From: a virus
DNA length: 64,000 nt
Virus record (IMG/VR): IMGVR_UViG_3300048910_000190
Span: 49,158-113,157 of that record
Direction: 5' to 3' (one strand)
Made by a program: the position numbers and the translations under genes. The notes under the pieces were generated by a model. It had not been told where the DNA came from. It was given only the letters and a program-made list of their open reading frames with translations, and did no database searches. This document shows positions 15,730-24,810 of this stretch, piece after piece; the first letter of the stretch is position 1, and each line of letters opens with the position of its first letter.

Positions 15730-16142
15730 GCGACGGGCCGCAGTCCGCAGGCGTCCCACAGGGTGGTGATGGTCTTTCCGCCGGTGTCCTTCGGGAGCGG
15801 GACCGGGTTGCCGTGGTCGGCCGGGGCGGGGGAGGAGACCGCGAGGGCGTTGGCGAGGTCCTGCCGGGTCTCGATCAGCCGGGCGCTGAGCTCGTCGAGG
15901 TCCGCTCCGAGCAGGGTGTTGGCCTCGGTGGCGGTCTCCACCTGTTGAGTCAGCCGCGCGTTCTCGAACTTGAGGGCGTTCTTCTGCTGGCAGACCTTCG
16001 TGATCAGCTCGTCAGCGTGATCGAGCTTGGCCTGCTCGGCTTTGATCGCATCCCGCTCGGCTTCGAGCACGGGGATGCGGTCGGCGGCACGGTGACGGCC
16101 CGTCGCGGCCAGGCCCTGCATCATCTTGGCGATGAGGTTCAC
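15726..16142 (-). CDS. Coiled-coil hypothetical protein
   Basis: 138-aa ORF, coupled to neighbours. Confidence 0.7.
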   Translation of the reverse strand: MNLIAKMMQGLAATGRHRAADRIPVLEAERDAIKAEQAKLDHADELITKVCQQKNALKFENARLTQQVETATEANTLLGADLDELSARLIETRQDLANALAVSSPAPADHGNPVPLPKDTGGKTITTLWDACGLRPVA

Positions 16143-16645
16143 GACGCCACCGCCGGCGCGGGCCGTGGCGTCCAGGTGCCGGCCTTGCCCGCGAGTTTGC
16201 GATCTTCCGCCTCCGACATGCGCTGGTACGCGTCCAGGCGGTCCTGCATGGGCCTGAGCAACGCCCGGGCCTCGTCGCGCTCCCGGGCGACGCGCAGCAG
16301 CTCCGGGGTCGGCCGCGCAGGCTCCAGGGCGCGGTCCCTTCCGGCCGCCTCTCCGCGGAGCTTGGCGTTCTCGGCGCGGAGCTTCCAGATCTCGGCGAGG
16401 TACCTGTCGGTGGCGCGGAGCAGGCGGGCGTGCCGGGCGAGGATGTTCTGGTGGCTCTCGACCTGCTCCTGGAGGCGGGCGTTCTCGTCCCAGCAGAGCG
16501 TGTGGGTGTCGCTGAACGCCTCCGCGATCTGGGCGGCGACGGCCCGGCTGGTGTCGCGCTCGGAGCGCGCCCAGTCCCGCTGCTCGCGGAGCCGGTCGCG
16601 GCGCTGCGTGAGGGTGTGGATAGCGCGGTTCTTACTGCCGAACAT
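16139..16645 (-). CDS. Coiled-coil hypothetical protein
   Basis: 168-aa ORF with RBS GGAGG. Confidence 0.7.
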   Translation of the reverse strand: MFGSKNRAIHTLTQRRDRLREQRDWARSERDTSRAVAAQIAEAFSDTHTLCWDENARLQEQVESHQNILARHARLLRATDRYLAEIWKLRAENAKLRGEAAGRDRALEPARPTPELLRVARERDEARALLRPMQDRLDAYQRMSEAEDRKLAGKAGTWTPRPAPAVAS

Positions 16646-16898
16646 GGCTTCCTCCTTGCGGGACGGGGGTGAACGCGCAGTCGTGGGGGATCAGTCCGAG
16701 GCCAATGGCCAGGGCGACGGCGTGCGCGTTGTTGGTGGCACCGAGCAGCCGGTACGCGGAGCTGGTGAGGGCCTTGACGGTGTTCTCGTTGAGGCCCATC
16801 TCGCGGCCGATCTGACGCTGCTGCTGGCCGTGCGCGAACCGGACGACGAGGGCTGTCTCCAGCGGCGGCAGGGAGATGAGCTGCTGGCGGGCCGTCAC
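16632..16898 (-). CDS. LuxR-type HTH regulator
   Basis: FAHGQQQRQIGREMGLNENTVKALTSSAYRLLGATNNAHAVALA. Confidence 0.85.
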   Translation of the reverse strand: MTARQQLISLPPLETALVVRFAHGQQQRQIGREMGLNENTVKALTSSAYRLLGATNNAHAVALAIGLGLIPHDCAFTPVPQGGSHVRQ

Positions 16899-17728
16899 GA
16901 CGTCACTGCCACGGGGGCGGGGCGAAGCGGCCAACGGCCGTCGATTACGGCCTGCAGGTCGCGCTTCTCGCCGGCCTTCGCCGACCGGAACCACGCCTGC
17001 AGCGATTTGGCCTGCGCTGCGGCCCAGCCGATCTGACGGTGGTGCAGTTCGTCGACGTCGCACGCCAGGTCATCGAATCGGTCGTACGGGCCGTGCGAGT
17101 TCCTGAGAGCCTGCACCCACTCCGGGCGCCGCCCGGCGGCCTGATGGGCGATGACGCTCATCCGCCAGGCAACCCGGGCCGAAGCCATCGCGTCGTACTC
17201 GGCACCGTGGGCCTGCTTCTCGTCCCAGGTATCGCCGTACGTCTCAGCGCTGGTCCGCATCTGGTACGCGCCCTGCTCATCCGACACCCGGGGGCGGTAC
17301 GGTGCGGCGTGCCGGTCGAGGACCATCGTGTCGATGACCCGCGTGAGAGGACCGGCGAGCTCCTCCAGGGCCGCGCCGTGGTGACGGCCGAGCTCGGAAT
17401 CGAGGAGGTTCAGGTCGTAGCTGCCAAGGTTGTGCCCGACCAGGGGGATGCCGGCGCCGATGGCTTCGGCGACGGCCCGGCCGATCTCGTCGACCGCGCG
17501 GGCGGCTTCCATGCCGTGGGCGGCGAGGTACTCGTCGGTGAGGCCGTGGACCTTGATCGCGTCGGGCTCCTGCGGGATGCCGGGGTTGACGATCCAGGTG
17601 CGGCGTTCGGTGGCCTGGCCGCCGCCGACGTGGATGAGCGCGCAGGAGACGATGCGGGCGGTGTGCGGGTGCTTGTCGGACGCCTCGAAGTCCAGGGCGG
17701 CCATGCGCTGTGTGTGCCAGGGAGGCAT
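16895..17728 (-). CDS. DnaQ/DEDDh 3'-5' exonuclease
   Basis: ALDFE, VHGLT, VGHNLGSYDL, IDTMVLD, AHGAEYDA. Confidence 0.9.
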   Translation of the reverse strand: MPPWHTQRMAALDFEASDKHPHTARIVSCALIHVGGGQATERRTWIVNPGIPQEPDAIKVHGLTDEYLAAHGMEAARAVDEIGRAVAEAIGAGIPLVGHNLGSYDLNLLDSELGRHHGAALEELAGPLTRVIDTMVLDRHAAPYRPRVSDEQGAYQMRTSAETYGDTWDEKQAHGAEYDAMASARVAWRMSVIAHQAAGRRPEWVQALRNSHGPYDRFDDLACDVDELHHRQIGWAAAQAKSLQAWFRSAKAGEKRDLQAVIDGRWPLRPAPVAVTS

Positions 17729-17805
17729 GGGGGTTCCGTTCAGGGTGGTGGATGATGGGGTGGGGCCGCGCTTGATTCCCGCAAGCGCGGCCCCGAGCTG
17801 TTCTG

Positions 17806-18783
17806 TCAGTGGCGAGATCCGGGCCGGGTGACGGCGGGCCACGACGGTGCCCCGTCCTCCACCACCTCGGCGTCAACGGCGCCGTCCTCATCGGGGACAG
17901 CAACCGCCCGGGACGGCTGCTCAAGCGCCGCCGCGATGCCCTTCAGATCCGCGAGCAGCTGCGCATCCGCATGGCCAGCCGCCTGGGCCTTCCGGTACAG
18001 GTCCTGCACGTCGTCGATCGTGTCCGCGTCCATGGCCAACGCCCGGTAGTCCGGACGCGGAGCCTCGATCGCCTGCCGGCCCGCGCCCGCCGGGTCCAGC
18101 GCTGCGGCCATCGACATCGGCCCCGTCAGCGCGTCCCGCATCCGGTTCAGGCGCGGAATGACCATCACCACGGGGAAGTTCTTCGTCTGCCCCGCCCTGA
18201 CGACCTTCCGCTGCTGGATCGTCAGACGCACCGGCACCACGCCCTGTCCGCCGGTGCCCTGCAGCACCGTGTCGACCTGCCCGGCGAGACCGTCAGCCGC
18301 GTAGAACGACTTCGTCTCCGCCCGCCACACACCGAAATCCGGCATGTCCGGCAAGAGGACGTTCAGGCGGGTCGTCGCAGAGCAGACCTTGCCCTTCGGC
18401 AGCAGGTACCACTCCGGCCCGTGCTCCGCGAGGCAGATGCACGGCACCTTCGCGATCTTCTCGGTGATGCCGTCGCACCGCCGCTGGCAGCCACCGCCGG
18501 ACCACAACTCGTTGTTCTGCGACAGCGGGTCGCCCGGAGGAAGCAGCGCGTCGATGCTGCGCTTCTTCGTGGTCACACGCCACTGCTTGATCTTTGCGCC
18601 CTGCGGAGTCCACTCGTGGACCTCACCGCCCCACAGTGAGGCCGCGGCCTCCACGTACTCGCGCTCGTGGGACGTGAGGATCCACGTCTCCGACCGCCTC
18701 GGGGCCTTCCCCTCGAAGAACCCGGTCCGCAGGCGCCCGAGTTCGGCGGCCTGCCTCTGCAGCGTCAGGATGCGGGAACCCAT
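17806..18783 (-). CDS. Gp3-like recombination directionality factor family protein
   Basis: ILTLQRQAAELGRLRTG, W.GGGCQRRCDG, TRLNVLLP, GVWRAETKSFYAA; resembles the phiC31/phiBT1 gp3-like family by recall. Confidence 0.72.
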   Translation of the reverse strand: MGSRILTLQRQAAELGRLRTGFFEGKAPRRSETWILTSHEREYVEAAASLWGGEVHEWTPQGAKIKQWRVTTKKRSIDALLPPGDPLSQNNELWSGGGCQRRCDGITEKIAKVPCICLAEHGPEWYLLPKGKVCSATTRLNVLLPDMPDFGVWRAETKSFYAADGLAGQVDTVLQGTGGQGVVPVRLTIQQRKVVRAGQTKNFPVVMVIPRLNRMRDALTGPMSMAAALDPAGAGRQAIEAPRPDYRALAMDADTIDDVQDLYRKAQAAGHADAQLLADLKGIAAALEQPSRAVAVPDEDGAVDAEVVEDGAPSWPAVTRPGSRH

Positions 18784-18784
18784 G

Positions 18785-19624
18785 TCAGGCCGCCTTTGCG
18801 AGAGTCGGTCCAGCCGGCGCGGCGGCGACCGGTGGCAGTACGAGCGGGAAGGACCTGGGGGCGTCGTGGTGCCAGGTGGCGTTTGCCAGCGCTCCGCGGA
18901 ACGCCCGGTGCGCGTCACGATCGGCGGGCATGTCCAGCAGGGCCCGGGACTTCGGCCGCAGGTTCAGGACGCCCGTCCGCTCGATCTCCGGCATCGGCGC
19001 CGTCGAGTCGTCGGGGAGTAGCACGCCCTCGCAGAACCGCAGGGCGGCGAGCTGCTGGGCGTTCTCCGGGTAGGCGCTCTTCGCGGGCCGGGTCGTCGAC
19101 GTCTTGTAGTCGATGAGCCACAGCTCCCGGCGCCCGCCCGGGCCGGTCGGCAGCCAGATGATGAGGTCCGCCGTACCCGCGTAGCCGAGCCGCCGGTGGA
19201 TGCAGGTGATCTCCGTGGCGACGACGTCACGCTCGAAGTCCACGCCCCACTCGGTGAACCATGCGAGCAACTGCCGGGCGAACGGCTCCACTTCCGGGTC
19301 CGCCGCGAACGGCGTCCCCAGCACCTCGGCCTGCCCCCGGTCATGCACCCGCGTCCCGAGGTCCTTCGCGGCCTCGCTGACGTCCTTGTGGACGGCCTTC
19401 CACTGCCTGATCAGGGCGGCTCGGTCCGTGTCAGCGCGCTCGACAATCTCGTCAAGGCGCTCCAAGGCCCACTCGACGGTGAGCTTCACCGCCCACGGCT
19501 GCAGGACGGGCTTGGCCACCGACGTGCCGAGGACGTTGGTGACGGAGACGAGGTCAGGCCCCCCGTCGGGGTCTTCGTAGTAGCGGCCGTTCTCGGTCTC
19601 GTGCGCGTGCTTCGGGTCGGTCAT
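18785..19624 (-). CDS. PD-(D/E)XK (RecE/Cas4-like) exonuclease
   Basis: SVTNVLG...GTRVH...YAGTADL...LIDYKTS...QLAA. Confidence 0.88.
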   Translation of the reverse strand: MTDPKHAHETENGRYYEDPDGGPDLVSVTNVLGTSVAKPVLQPWAVKLTVEWALERLDEIVERADTDRAALIRQWKAVHKDVSEAAKDLGTRVHDRGQAEVLGTPFAADPEVEPFARQLLAWFTEWGVDFERDVVATEITCIHRRLGYAGTADLIIWLPTGPGGRRELWLIDYKTSTTRPAKSAYPENAQQLAALRFCEGVLLPDDSTAPMPEIERTGVLNLRPKSRALLDMPADRDAHRAFRGALANATWHHDAPRSFPLVLPPVAAAPAGPTLAKAA

Positions 19625-19992
19625 GCTGCCTGCCCCCGGTGGTCCTGCTGCGCCGGGAGCGTCAGCGTCTGGTCGGCGCGGCGCCTCGCGGAGAACGTCC
19701 GTCCCGCCGCGTCACGCAGCTCGTCCGCGAGCTGCAGCGCCCGCGTCTCGTCCAACTCCAGCTCCGGGTACGGCATCTGCGAGTCCGTCTCGAAGTCGAC
19801 GACCGCCTCGTCCCACTGAGCGGCCGGGCCGTCGACGGCCTTCGCGAGCTTGCCGAGGAGCTCCATCGCCCCGTCCCGGTCGTTGCCCCACAGCTCGGCG
19901 ATCGCCCGCAGAGTCGCACCCCGGATCTCGTCCGAGTGCAGGACCACGACGGAGCCGAACACGTCGACCTTGGCGTACAAGCTGGCGTCCAT
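19621..19992 (-). CDS. Acidic hypothetical protein
   Basis: 123-aa ORF with RBS GAGGAGG. Confidence 0.7.
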   Translation of the reverse strand: MDASLYAKVDVFGSVVVLHSDEIRGATLRAIAELWGNDRDGAMELLGKLAKAVDGPAAQWDEAVVDFETDSQMPYPELELDETRALQLADELRDAAGRTFSARRRADQTLTLPAQQDHRGQAA

Positions 19993-20126
19993 CAGGACCT
20001 CCTCAACGGTGAGTGATCACGCCACGGATTGCCGCAGCCACACGGGCACAGCGGGCCAGACTGAAATGCCACCGCGGCGACCGTGCCAGCCGCGAGCAGC
20101 ACCACGGCGGCCAGCGACGCAATCAC
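19992..20126 (-). CDS. 44-aa membrane-anchored Cys peptide (MIASLAAVVLLAAGTVAAVAFQSGPLCPCGCGNPWRDHSPLRRS)
   Basis: Manual translation; overlaps both neighbours. Confidence 0.6.
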   Translation of the reverse strand: MIASLAAVVLLAAGTVAAVAFQSGPLCPCGCGNPWRDHSPLRRS

Positions 20127-20398
20127 GACGCGCTCGGCTGCTTGTAGGTGACAACCAGCCGCACCGCGTCCACCGACGACACCGACGGGCCGCCAGCCGA
20201 CGGGACCAAGGCCTCGAACAGCGGGCCCGCATCCGTCCGACGCTCCACGACCATCCCCAGGGGGACGTCACCGGTCGTCAGCACCTGCCAGTACCGGCCA
20301 CCGCACGTGCAACCCGGGCGCACCCACAGCTCGTGCCCATCGACCTGCACCTCGGCCGTCTTCGTGACCTCCGTGAGGTCCACCAGCGGGGCGCTCAC
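20123..20398 (-). CDS. Hypothetical phage protein
   Basis: GTG overlaps the upstream stop. Confidence 0.6.
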   Translation of the reverse strand: MSAPLVDLTEVTKTAEVQVDGHELWVRPGCTCGGRYWQVLTTGDVPLGMVVERRTDAGPLFEALVPSAGGPSVSSVDAVRLVVTYKQPSAS

Positions 20399-20718
20399 GC
20401 CGCCACCGCCGAAGTGAGAGCAGGGACGGTGTACACGGTGACCATCACCGGCACGTCCTGGAACACCGCATGCACGGCCTGCAGCGTGCGCCCCGAGTGC
20501 CGGTTCAGCCACGGGTCGCCGGCCTCACCGCCCAGCACCCCCGCGATCGCGTGCACGGAGCTGGCCGGGGCGTCCCAGTAGGAGCCGCTCAGCCCGCCCG
20601 ATTCGGCACTCACCGACCAGTCGATGCGAGGCAGTTCGGGGTGCAGGGTGAGCAACTGCACCAGGGCGTGCGCAGCCGACAGCTGCGGATTGTGCGGGCG
20701 GGTAGGGTTGGAGGTCAT
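20395..20718 (-). CDS. Hypothetical phage protein
   Basis: AAHALVQLLTLHPELPRIDWSV; RBS AGAGAGG. Confidence 0.7.
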   Translation of the reverse strand: MTSNPTRPHNPQLSAAHALVQLLTLHPELPRIDWSVSAESGGLSGSYWDAPASSVHAIAGVLGGEAGDPWLNRHSGRTLQAVHAVFQDVPVMVTVYTVPALTSAVAA

Positions 20719-20804
20719 TGCTGTGCCTCTCTGTGACGAGTGGAGGGGTAGGGCAAGAAGGGGGTCGTCACTGGGTCTGCAGTCCGGTGGCGGCCCTGCC
20801 GCCG

Positions 20805-20990
20805 TTACGCGGCGTTTTGCTGCTGTACCGCCGGATTGCGCTCCGCACGAAGCCGGGCCAACGCCGGCGCGAGGACGTGTCGCAGTTCGTCCAGGAGCTC
20901 GGGGGGCGGGGGCGGAGTCGCCGCCACGCGCCTGCGGATTTCGGCCATGTCGTCGGCGCCGAGGATGGCGAGACGCTCCGCGCGGGTCAT
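20805..20990 (-). CDS. Small protein downstream of Cro
   Basis: MTRAERLAILG...PPPPPELLDELR; coupled to cro. Confidence 0.75.
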   Translation of the reverse strand: MTRAERLAILGADDMAEIRRRVAATPPPPPELLDELRHVLAPALARLRAERNPAVQQQNAA

Positions 20991-21202
20991 GCGGCCTTGT
21001 CGCTCGTCTTGAGGTCGTCGAGGCTCACGCCGTAGGCCTCGGCGATGATGGCGGCGGTGTCGAAGTAGGGCTTACGGCTGCCGTTGAGTAGCCGTGCTAC
21101 CTGCGCCTTGTCGAGACCGGTGCGTGCTGCGATCATCCTGGTGTTGGTGTCGCCAGCGTCGTGACTGATCTTCTTGAAGGCCTTGCGGTGGAAGGTGGGC
21201 AT
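20987..21202 (-). CDS. Cro-like XRE HTH protein
   Basis: MIAARTGLDKAQVARLLNGSRKPYFDTAAIIAEAYGVSLDDL. Confidence 0.9.
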   Translation of the reverse strand: MPTFHRKAFKKISHDAGDTNTRMIAARTGLDKAQVARLLNGSRKPYFDTAAIIAEAYGVSLDDLKTSDKAA

Positions 21203-21423
21203 GGTTCACCTCCTGGCGATGCCCGTCAGCACTGCTGCTGCCTGACAGCAAATATAGCCCAGTTGGTGCGCCCTGACAGTGGTTACGCATGGGTAATTTG
21301 CGCAGCTGAAGTGCAATGTGAGTGGAGCTGGCCAATCCGGCTTGATGTGGACGCGCAGAACGATGGCTTGAGCTGTACTGTTGTCAGCTGACAGCAGTGC
21401 TTGTGAGCACTACCCTCCACACC
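21203..21423. promoter_or_regulatory. Lysis/lysogeny switch: divergent promoters with CTGACAG operators
   Basis: Minus-strand CTGTCA-N17-TATATT (21279-21251); CTGACAG at 21242, 21273, 21388; palindrome TGTCAGCTGACA 21382-21393; plus-strand TACCCT (21411-21416) 7 nt before ATG 21424. Confidence 0.75.
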
Positions 21424-21882
21424 ATGACTGGCAGCCACGCCATGGACACCGGAATCCAAGCCCTCGCGGCCTACATCCGCCGCTACGCCCCATCCGCCGG
21501 CTACGACCTCGACGCATGGGGCGAACAGGCACGCCTCGCCCGCGACGCCGAGATGGACAGCGGCACCCTCGCCCGCATCCTCACCGGCCAACGGATGCCC
21601 AAGCCCGACAAGCTCTGGCCCCTCGCCAAGGCCCTCAGCCGCCCCTACCCCGAACTCCTGGTGGAAAGTCAGATCATCCCCGCCGATTCGCTCGCACACA
21701 TGGCGCAACCGGCAGTACCATCACTACCCATCACTGCTGAGGTCTTGGCCGACCAGTGGGGCGTGCGCGACGCAAAAGGGCGGGAGCTTGTCCAAGACAT
21801 GCTCGACCGACTGCGAATGCTTGCCCAACAACCCCAGGGCGACCAACCAGAAGGCCAAGGGAGTGCGCAGGCACACGGCTAA
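21424..21882 (+). CDS. XRE-family immunity repressor
   Basis: QARLARDAEMDSGTLARILTGQRMPKPDKLWPLAKALSRPY; divergent from cro. Confidence 0.88.
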   Translation: MTGSHAMDTGIQALAAYIRRYAPSAGYDLDAWGEQARLARDAEMDSGTLARILTGQRMPKPDKLWPLAKALSRPYPELLVESQIIPADSLAHMAQPAVPSLPITAEVLADQWGVRDAKGRELVQDMLDRLRMLAQQPQGDQPEGQGSAQAHG

Positions 21883-21892
21883 AGGGGCGCGC

Positions 21893-22357
21893 ATGACGGT
21901 CAGACAGCAGTGGCTCGCGGCAGCACTAGGAATCGCAACCGGGATCGCAGCCATCCTCCTGACCAGCGCCCCCGAACTGGGCGGAGCAATCCTCGGCGCC
22001 GCAGCAGCCGCCGGCGCCGGGGCCAGCATCCTCGACCGACGCACCCAGCAACTCCGCATAGCCACCGACCAACTGGACGAAGCCCGTCGGCAATACGAGG
22101 CAGCCCACGGAACCCTCGCCGGTCAGCGCGAGCGCATGCGCAGCGCCCAGATCGAAGCCGACGGTCGCCTCGCCGAACGAACCGCCACACTGAACGCCGC
22201 CCACCAGCGCGAGCTGATCGAAAGCCAGATGCAGTGGTTCGAGGAGGGCGCCAAGGCCGTCATTCTGGGACGTCTCCCCGTCGACGGCCCGTCCGACCTC
22301 GCATCGATCATCTCGCTCGGAGCCCACCGCCACCGCGCCGCCGGACCGCACAACTAG
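21893..22357 (+). CDS. Two-TM plus coiled-coil protein co-transcribed with the repressor
   Basis: Hydrophobic N-terminal hairpin then heptads; 10 bp after the repressor stop. Confidence 0.75.
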   Translation: MTVRQQWLAAALGIATGIAAILLTSAPELGGAILGAAAAAGAGASILDRRTQQLRIATDQLDEARRQYEAAHGTLAGQRERMRSAQIEADGRLAERTATLNAAHQRELIESQMQWFEEGAKAVILGRLPVDGPSDLASIISLGAHRHRAAGPHN

Positions 22358-23895
22358 TCACCGCCGACGCCGTCCGACTTCGGATCAAAGGGCCACTCGG
22401 TGAAGCCCGGCTCGCCAGGGAAGACCAAACGCGTCCTGGCGCCTGCCGGCAGGCTGCGACTCGACGACTGGGCCCGCAGCACCTCCACGCGAACCACCTT
22501 GCGCACCACGTGACGCTGCTGCTCAAGGGTCATCTTGCGCGACCACAAGTCGTCCAATTCGTCCGGCGAAGCCGCCAGCAGCTCATCCAGCAGCGAATCG
22601 CCAGCTGACATCATCCGCTGCAGCCCCGCCTCGCACGCCGCAAGCAGTGGCACGATCCCCTGCTCCATCGCGGCCAACGATGCTGCTGACAACGCAGGCA
22701 GCCCCGTCTCCGGACTGAACGTCACGGCCTGCTGCCGAGCCTCGGCCAACTGGTTGGACATAGCCGCATGCCTGGCCCGTTCGCGCTCGATCTCGGCCGT
22801 GGAGTCAACCCGCTGAAAGGCACTTCGCGCGGCCGGCGAGGCCAACCAGAGCAGCAGGCCCTCTTCCACATAGGCGTCCAGCCTGGCTTTCATGATGCTC
22901 AGATGGTTCTGCGTGCACCGATACAGGGCCTTCCGGCTGTACTGCGGCCGGTCGCCCACCGCCTTCATGCGGGCAGCCTTGACGTCACCACCCTCTCGGC
23001 ATACCGAACACAAGGCGATTCCCGTCAAGAGGTGCTGAACGCCACTGGTGTGCGTCGTCAACCGCGCGGGGTCCTTGAGGATTGCCTGTACCCGCCAGAA
23101 CAGGGCCTCATCAACGATCGCATCCCACTGCGCCGGGTACTCGGTTTCCTTGTGGACCCGGATACCGATGTACGCCCTGTTCGTCAGGATGATCCGGAGA
23201 CCCGTTGTCTGAATATCCGGACGCCACGGCTTCATCAGCGGCAGGAGCGAGTTGAGACTGTGCTGTTCGTCGACCCGCTTGAACAGCTCCCGTACCACGG
23301 GGCCCTGCTCGGGGTGGACGACCTGACCGAGGAGCTCGCCGGTGTCCGGGTCGTACTCGCGCTTGAACCCGAAAGCGACCGGGGCGTGAGCGCCGCCGCG
23401 CCTGGCATTGAGGTTGACTGTTCGTACGATCCGAGAGGTGATGCCCTCGCCCTCCTCCTCGGCCTGGAGGGCGTCACGAGTGAACTCGCGGAAGTCGGAG
23501 GGGACGCGCATGTCGTACAGGCGGCCGTCGTAGTACAGCTTGATGTCTGTCCGCTCGCACAGGTCGCGAAGTCCGATGGACACCTGCATGTTGCGAGAGA
23601 GCCTGCTCTTCTCCGCGTAGACCACGACGTCGATCAGGCCGGCTTCCATGTCGGCGACCATGCGTTCGTAGTCCTCACGGACCTTTTTGGCTCGCCGTGA
23701 GGCGGATCGGTCGAGGTCCTTGTAGTAGTCGACGATGGTCCAGCGGTTGTCGGCGCAGACCATCTCACCGACGGCGAACTGGTCTTTGACGGATCGTCCG
23801 CGCTTGTTGCGGTCGCGGGAGGCGCGGCCGTAGAGGGCGGCGCGGAGAGGGCGCGCGAGGGCTTCCGACCTGGGCAGCGGGATGACGGTGGCCAT
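22354..23895 (-). CDS. int: Large serine integrase
   Basis: ALYGRASRD catalytic motif, SRLSR, recombinase domain, LLTGIALCSVC...YRC Zn ribbon, coiled coil; leaderless TATCCT-N6-ATG. Confidence 0.95.
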   Translation of the reverse strand: MATVIPLPRSEALARPLRAALYGRASRDRNKRGRSVKDQFAVGEMVCADNRWTIVDYYKDLDRSASRRAKKVREDYERMVADMEAGLIDVVVYAEKSRLSRNMQVSIGLRDLCERTDIKLYYDGRLYDMRVPSDFREFTRDALQAEEEGEGITSRIVRTVNLNARRGGAHAPVAFGFKREYDPDTGELLGQVVHPEQGPVVRELFKRVDEQHSLNSLLPLMKPWRPDIQTTGLRIILTNRAYIGIRVHKETEYPAQWDAIVDEALFWRVQAILKDPARLTTHTSGVQHLLTGIALCSVCREGGDVKAARMKAVGDRPQYSRKALYRCTQNHLSIMKARLDAYVEEGLLLWLASPAARSAFQRVDSTAEIERERARHAAMSNQLAEARQQAVTFSPETGLPALSAASLAAMEQGIVPLLAACEAGLQRMMSAGDSLLDELLAASPDELDDLWSRKMTLEQQRHVVRKVVRVEVLRAQSSSRSLPAGARTRLVFPGEPGFTEWPFDPKSDGVGGD

Positions 23896-23918
23896 GCGCA
23901 AAGGATAGGGCCAGTCAC

Positions 23919-23984
23919 AGACTTACGTACCCCCCTTGGATCATCCGGCGTGCGCTGCCGCCGGGAAGGGGGGTAGGTCAGTCT
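23919..23984. other. Putative attP site of the serine integrase
   Basis: 19-bp arms matching at 17/19 (AGACTTACGTACCCCCCTT vs reverse complement AGACTGACCTACCCCCCTT) centred on GCG-TG-CGC; immediately 5' of int. Confidence 0.65.
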
Positions 23985-23988
23985 CGCG

Positions 23989-24300
23989 TCAGTCGTTGGC
24001 ATCGCCTTGCTCGGTGACAATACCGAGCAAGGACCGGATGATCCGGATGGACTCGGCGGTCGCGCTTCGAAGCTTCTCGACTAGCAGCACTAGCTCGGCG
24101 CTGGTGGCGATGGCCAGATCGGGAAGCTCGGCCTGCTGGAGCTCTTCCTCGATCATGTCCGTGCGGGTCACAATCGACTCAATGCTGTCGTGCACTTTCG
24201 TCCTGGTGCGCGCTGGTTGTCCTCGACCGGGCTGCGCTGCTCGGCCGGGCGCGGGAGGGGGCCGCGCTTGTGGCCATGTCGCAGGGCGGGCATGCGACAT
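23989..24300 (-). CDS. Hypothetical helical protein (start uncertain)
   Basis: Ordered helical C-terminal half; low-complexity N-terminus. Confidence 0.45.
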   Translation of the reverse strand: MSHARPATWPQARPPPAPGRAAQPGRGQPARTRTKVHDSIESIVTRTDMIEEELQQAELPDLAIATSAELVLLVEKLRSATAESIRIIRSLLGIVTEQGDAND

Positions 24301-24528
24301 GGGCCGGTGTTCGAATTGTGAAAGTCAGGACCGGAAGCGATCGTTGCTGCTTACGGTGGCATACGGTCCATCAGTGGGGCTACGGGCGTTAGGTACCTGT
24401 TACGGCGTGTTCGAATGATCTGCCTTGGGCGGCTGGGATGAATGTGGGCATACCCGGCCAGACGCGGATGACACTTGCTGCATATCTGCTGCTGACTTCC
24501 GATCTTGCTGCGGGCAGCGTGACTACGT

Positions 24529-24765
24529 ATGCCCGCCGACCAGCCCGCATGGGTGATCCAGATCCGCCAGCAGGTCGGACGACGTATTCGCGATCTCCGC
24601 ACCGACCGGGGCCTCTCCCAGGAGAAGCTCGCTGAGCTCGCCGGGATCAGCCGCCACACCATGTACCGCACGGAGACCGCGACTCACGCCGCATCGACCG
24701 ACGTGATCGTCAGGATTGCTCGCGTGCTGGGTGTACCTCCGGACCGTCTGTTTCGGGACGAGTAG
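24529..24765 (+). CDS. XRE HTH protein
   Basis: VGRRIRDLRTDRGLSQEKLAELAGISRHTMYRTE. Confidence 0.92.
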   Translation: MPADQPAWVIQIRQQVGRRIRDLRTDRGLSQEKLAELAGISRHTMYRTETATHAASTDVIVRIARVLGVPPDRLFRDE

Positions 24766-24810
24766 CAGGGCAGCCCTGGTGGCCGTCGACGGCCTCGGCA
24801 CGGTCCTCGA

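Larger units (their letters stand above)
1..23951 (-). mobile_element. Temperate actinophage early arm (integrase, immunity switch, recombination/replication genes, Spd-like operon); continues left of the window
   Basis: Serine integrase, XRE/Cro pair, SSB, RusA, WhiB, replication initiator and helicase in typical prophage order, almost all on the minus strand and translationally coupled. Confidence 0.93.

Noticed and set aside
24307-24416. GTGTTCGAAT repeated exactly 100 bp apart, resembling LexA half-sites
   Set aside because: Neither copy has the partner half of the actinobacterial TCGAAC-N4-GTTCGA box, so SOS control is not supported
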